The translations under genes and the position numbers were made by a program. From Pedosphaera sp. (GTDB lineage: Bacteria; Verrucomicrobiota; Verrucomicrobiia; Limisphaerales; UBA9464), in contig SIBK01000010.1 of the NCBI GenBank assembly GCA_009695205.1, forward strand, positions 9,670 through 73,669: a stretch of DNA of 64,000 nucleotides, given 5' to 3'. The notes under the pieces were generated by a model. That model was not told where the DNA came from, searched no databases, and saw only the letters and a list, made by a program, of their open reading frames with translations. Below are positions 60,271 through 64,000 of the stretch, piece after piece. The first letter of the stretch is position 1. Every line of letters begins with the position of its first letter.

Positions 60271-60290
60271 GGCACTTGATTCCAAGTGCC
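60271..60290 (-). terminator. hairpin directly after the stop codon of the 1014-aa gene
   Basis: GGCACTTG-ATTC-CAAGTGCC is a perfect 8-bp stem with a 4-nt loop, abutting TGA at 60291-60293. No U-tract follows, so an intrinsic-terminator role is uncertain. Confidence 0.4.
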
Positions 60291-63200
60291 TCACTTAACC
60301 GGCACCAATCGCAGCCCGCGCACGTCGGCGAGCTCTTGTTTGAGTTTGCCGTCGGGACGCAGGAGGACGCGATTTAGACCCGCGCGCAGAGTGAGGTGAC
60401 CGCTGGGTTGTTCCTTGAAGTGGTCGTAGCCACCGGTGTCAGGCACTTCGCCGCGGGTGCGACTGCCTTCGGTTTCGATCGAGTAGAAATCGCCGGCAGA
60501 ACGGGCATCGGCTGCGAGGTTGACAGTGACTTCATATGTGCCGGCGCGCGCGACTTCCACCTGCCATTCGGCCATGTCTTCATGGACGATCCAGGGGGCG
60601 AGCACATCCAGGGTGGGGCGGTAAGCCAGCCGGTGGGCAAAGACTGTGGCCCGGCTGGCGGGCAGATGAAGTTCGCCACTTGCGGAGGGCTTGATGGCGG
60701 CAACCTCGTTGGTATTAGCGGCGACTTGCGCGAGTTCCTCCGCGCGCCACGGGAGCGAGCGCCCGCTGGTTTCCTTGCGCACCGCAGCGACCACCGCGGG
60801 TTCGATGGGCACGGCGGCATTGCCCCACGCGCGCCGGATGTAGCTGAGCACATCGGCGAATTGTTCGTCGTCAAAGATTCCAGTCGCGCCCAACGCGGGC
60901 ATGTTGAGATTCCACGTTTGTCCGTTCACCTGCACGGGGCCGTAAAGCCCGTGCTGGACGATGCGCACGAGGCGCTCGGGCGGACCATTCACCCAGTCGC
61001 TGCCCGCGAGCGGCGGGGCGGCACCTGTATTCCCACCTCCATGCGGCTGATGGCAGGAGGCGCAGACCATGGTGTAAAGTTGTTGCCCGGCCTGCACGCG
61101 TTGTTCCTGCGCGGGTGTGAGCGGCGGGGCGTTTTGCGTGAGCGTGTCCGGCGGCTTCGCGCCTGGCCAGGTGAACTGATTTAACGCGCGGAGAACCTTC
61201 TCGCGCGTGGCGACATCGGGAACGCGCAGAAGTGCCGTCAAAGCGGCCGGTTCTTCCGCGAGTGAGAAAGGTTTAGAATAGCGGATGTTGGAAAAGGCAT
61301 CGAGCAGAGCGTTGCGGCGCCACGACCGATCGCTGGGCGTGTTCGCAAACAGGGCGAAGAGTTCCGCGACGCGCGGCGGATTCGCCTCCTCCAACACGCA
61401 CTGTGCGAGCAGCGAGATGAGGGTGCGATCTTTCTGCTCGCGGTCCGGCCAGCTCTTGAGGAATTCCAATTCACGGCCAGCCAATCCGGTCAGCACGGCG
61501 GTGCGAAAAAGCGGATGATCTTCCCGGGCGAGCAATTCGGCGAGCAGCACCGGCGTTTGCGTCCCGGGAAAGGCGCCGAGTGTGAGCGCAAGCTGGAGTC
61601 GCACCGATTGGTTCGAATCCCCGGTGCGCCGAGCGAGCGCGGGGAGAGCGCCCGGGTCGTGCTCGCTGAGGCGGATTGCGGCGGCGCGCACCCGCTCATC
61701 GGTGGTGTCCATGGCGGCGAGACGTGTGTCGGGGTCCAGCGCGCCGAGGCCATCAAGCGTCCAGAGGGCGTGCAACTGCGCCAGCGGGGCGGCTTTTTTC
61801 GCCATTTCGCGAAGAGGGGTGACCGCGTTGGTGTCGCCGCGCTCAACGAGCAGGCGCTGCGCGGTGAGGCGGTGCCAGCCGTTCGGGTGCGCGAGCGTTT
61901 TCACCAATTCGGCGGTGCTGGTCGAGGCGAGTTTGGGCGCACGACGGTCAATCTCGCGGTCGTCCGCGACAATGCGCCAGATGCGGCCAAGGTCGTTGCC
62001 CGCGTCGAGGTGACGCTCCTGGATTTGTTTCGTGAGCCATGGCACCATAAAAATGATATGTTCGATGATGCCGTGATACAGGTCGGCTACATAAAGCGCG
62101 CCGTCGGGACCGACACGGGCGTTGACGGGGCGGAAGCGCTCGTCGGTTGAGGCGAGTAATTCCTGCTCAGCCGGATAAAAGCGGGTGGCTTCAGGAGCAA
62201 TGCCGTCGTTCAGTTGGAGTCGCCCGATCAGGTGGCCGCCGGACTCGGGGACGAAGACATTCCGATGCGCGTCGGCAGGGAATTGATGGCCATCGTAGGC
62301 GCAGACACCCGCCGCGATGGTGTAGGTGCGCAGGCGGCCGTCGTCGCGCAGCTCCAGCGCGCCAAGCGTGACCGCGGGAGTGACGCGGATCGGGAAAATT
62401 TCCTGCGCCTTTGGCGAGATGTCCACATTCACACCGAAGCCGTTGCGATCGCCACCGCCGCGCTGGAAAATGCGCAGCAGATGCGGATTGCGTGTGAGAT
62501 ACACGGCGGGGATGTAGTCGCCGTAGAGCGCGCGGTTTTCATAGCAGGTGAGGAAGCGGCCTGTTTCATCGAACGTGACCCCGAACTGCCCGCGTTGGAT
62601 CGTGTCTGCTTCGATGAGTTTTCCATCCTGCCAGCGGTAGCGCTTTGACCAATCGGCGCAGTGCAGCCAGTTGTCGAGTCCGTAGCGCAGGCCGTTGGCG
62701 GTGTGCTGCGGATTGCCTGCCTGCCCCATCTGGCCAACCTCGGTGCGTTTGTCGCAATGGAGATCACCGTTGGTATCCTGACAGAACCAAAGCGTCGGTG
62801 GCTCTTGCAGCAAGATGCCGCCTTTCACGAAAGCGAATGAGCGCGGCATCACCAGCTTGTCGAGGAAGACGGTGCTCTTGTCCGCGCGGCCATCGCCGTC
62901 CGTGTCCTCGAGCACGACAACGCGGCAGATGGGATCATCCTCCCCGCTGCCGGCGAGGTCGCGCATGTAGCCCTGGTATTCGACTACCCAGATGCGACCG
63001 TCGGGATCGAACTCGAAGAAGATGGGGTTGTGAACAAGCGGTTCGGCGGCGACGAGCTCGACGTGATAGCCCGGCGCGAGTTTGAAGGTTTTCATTTCCT
63101 CCTCCGCGGTGCGAACCGGCGCGGGCGGCACATAGATGCGCTTCAGCAGGGCCTCACCGTTCTCCCAATCGGCCCAACCGGTGAGCGCCGAGGGAGGTCG

Positions 63201-63335
63201 CGCGCGGGGGCGGTCCTTTGGGACGGATGGTTGGGCGAGCGCAGGTGCTGCACAGAGGCAGTCGGCGGCGAGGAGGAGGCCGAGGCCGCCAATCGCCAAA
63301 GCGCGGGAACGAATTCGTTTTGGTTTCACATTCAT
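60291..63335 (-). CDS. PVC-type heme-binding protein: membrane-bound-dehydrogenase-like beta-propeller + HEAT repeats + cytochrome c + C-terminal CBM-like domain
   Basis: Signal peptide. Motifs VAAEPLVHNPIFFEFDPDGRIWVVE and GALYVADLYHGIIEH (dehydrogenase domain), HEAT-like repeats, and CASCHQPHG (CxxCH). Confidence 0.85.
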   Translation of the reverse strand: MNVKPKRIRSRALAIGGLGLLLAADCLCAAPALAQPSVPKDRPRARPPSALTGWADWENGEALLKRIYVPPAPVRTAEEEMKTFKLAPGYHVELVAAEPLVHNPIFFEFDPDGRIWVVEYQGYMRDLAGSGEDDPICRVVVLEDTDGDGRADKSTVFLDKLVMPRSFAFVKGGILLQEPPTLWFCQDTNGDLHCDKRTEVGQMGQAGNPQHTANGLRYGLDNWLHCADWSKRYRWQDGKLIEADTIQRGQFGVTFDETGRFLTCYENRALYGDYIPAVYLTRNPHLLRIFQRGGGDRNGFGVNVDISPKAQEIFPIRVTPAVTLGALELRDDGRLRTYTIAAGVCAYDGHQFPADAHRNVFVPESGGHLIGRLQLNDGIAPEATRFYPAEQELLASTDERFRPVNARVGPDGALYVADLYHGIIEHIIFMVPWLTKQIQERHLDAGNDLGRIWRIVADDREIDRRAPKLASTSTAELVKTLAHPNGWHRLTAQRLLVERGDTNAVTPLREMAKKAAPLAQLHALWTLDGLGALDPDTRLAAMDTTDERVRAAAIRLSEHDPGALPALARRTGDSNQSVRLQLALTLGAFPGTQTPVLLAELLAREDHPLFRTAVLTGLAGRELEFLKSWPDREQKDRTLISLLAQCVLEEANPPRVAELFALFANTPSDRSWRRNALLDAFSNIRYSKPFSLAEEPAALTALLRVPDVATREKVLRALNQFTWPGAKPPDTLTQNAPPLTPAQEQRVQAGQQLYTMVCASCHQPHGGGNTGAAPPLAGSDWVNGPPERLVRIVQHGLYGPVQVNGQTWNLNMPALGATGIFDDEQFADVLSYIRRAWGNAAVPIEPAVVAAVRKETSGRSLPWRAEELAQVAANTNEVAAIKPSASGELHLPASRATVFAHRLAYRPTLDVLAPWIVHEDMAEWQVEVARAGTYEVTVNLAADARSAGDFYSIETEGSRTRGEVPDTGGYDHFKEQPSGHLTLRAGLNRVLLRPDGKLKQELADVRGLRLVPVK

Positions 63336-64000
63336 TTCAGCAATGGCAGTCCGCTGGGAACTCTGTCGGGCGTGGTCTGATCGAAGTGGTCGTCGTTGAG
63401 TGCGTCGAGAAAGGCTTCGAGTGCCGGAAAATCATCGGCGTTGAGATTGAGCCGCTTGAGCAGAGGGTCAAGTGCCGGTGTGCCGCCAGCGCGGCCATCG
63501 AGTGTTTCGCTCACGGCATCCATCAGTGCCTCGTAGAAAACAAGGACGCTGCGGAGCGTGCGAAGACTGCCGTCGTGCATGTAAGGCGCGGTGGGTTTGA
63601 GGTTACGGAGCGTGGGGGTGCGGAACTCGCGCCGGCCAATGGCCGAGTCGTCCGACACGGCGAGGAAATGCAGCTTGTAGTCGGAAAGCATCGGGCCGCC
63701 GTGGCACTGGATGCAGCCCGCGTCCTGGAATACTTGTAGCCCGCGCTGCTGCACCTCATTCATCGCCTGTTTGTCGCCACGCAGGAAGCGGTCGAACGGC
63801 GCGTCCGGTGTGACCAACGAGCGCTCGAAGGCGGCGAGTGCCTGGGCGAGATGAGCAGCGGTGACAGCTTCGGCTGGCAGCTGACCAAACGCTTTGTTGA
63901 ACAGATTGCGATACTCGGCAACGCCATCCACCCGACGGACCGCTTGCTCGACCGCGACTGCTTCAGAACAAACATTCCCGCGCATCTCTTCCCGCGATCG
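63332..64000 (-). CDS. di-heme cytochrome c peroxidase (CCP/MauG family), 5' end outside the window
   Basis: AAFERSLV..FDRFLRGD, second heme site CIQCHGGP, and FRTPTLRNL..APYMHDGS. The frame is open to the window edge. The stop overlaps the next gene's start (ATGA). Confidence 0.85.
   Translation of the reverse strand, partial: RSREEMRGNVCSEAVAVEQAVRRVDGVAEYRNLFNKAFGQLPAEAVTAAHLAQALAAFERSLVTPDAPFDRFLRGDKQAMNEVQQRGLQVFQDAGCIQCHGGPMLSDYKLHFLAVSDDSAIGRREFRTPTLRNLKPTAPYMHDGSLRTLRSVLVFYEALMDAVSETLDGRAGGTPALDPLLKRLNLNADDFPALEAFLDALNDDHFDQTTPDRVPSGLPLLK

Overview
GC-rich chromosomal segment with the hallmarks of a PVC-superphylum bacterium (Verrucomicrobiota- or Planctomycetota-like). The markers are PSCyt/DUF1549/DUF1553 proteins, a prepilin-type H-X9-DG protein, a PVC-type heme-binding dehydrogenase and LTD+CotH proteins. 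About two thirds of the window is ordinary housekeeping: pyrH, guaB, nadA, tmk, mfd, cbpA-cbpM, yhbY, lpxK plus a lipid A acyltransferase, trxA, nusB, ftsY, proS and an MsbA-like ABC exporter, interleaved with secreted or hypothetical PVC-type proteins. The stretch from 46.2 to 54.3 kb is a decayed accessory patchwork. It holds a 1322-bp IS4-family element with perfect 17-bp inverted repeats and an in-frame TAG in its transposase. It also holds fragments of a second (IS1634-like) transposase, PilT, a DUF1211 protein, a four-helix-bundle protein and the 5' half of a tRNA-Leu. Further in are a phage-like HTH gene behind an AT-rich block, an N-terminally truncated RepA/AAA_25-type ATPase next to a dense cluster of GGGGCGT iteron-like repeats, and a Ser/Thr-kinase-TPR pseudogene. 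The most unusual signal is a 35-bp sequence present three times in the same orientation. Each copy sits just upstream of a minus-strand gene: an SMP-30-like gene, a 1245-aa malectin-metzincin, and an alpha/beta-hydrolase-cyclase fusion. Two copies abut truncated genes. A second 66-bp repeat lies upstream of two alpha/beta-hydrolase starts. Several otherwise conserved genes carry in-frame stops or single-base frameshifts (radical SAM, DUF4380-like lipoprotein, a secreted protein, the kinase), and cbpA has no canonical start codon. No rRNA, intact tRNA or CRISPR array was seen. All calls come from reading the translations and the sequence; no database search was run.
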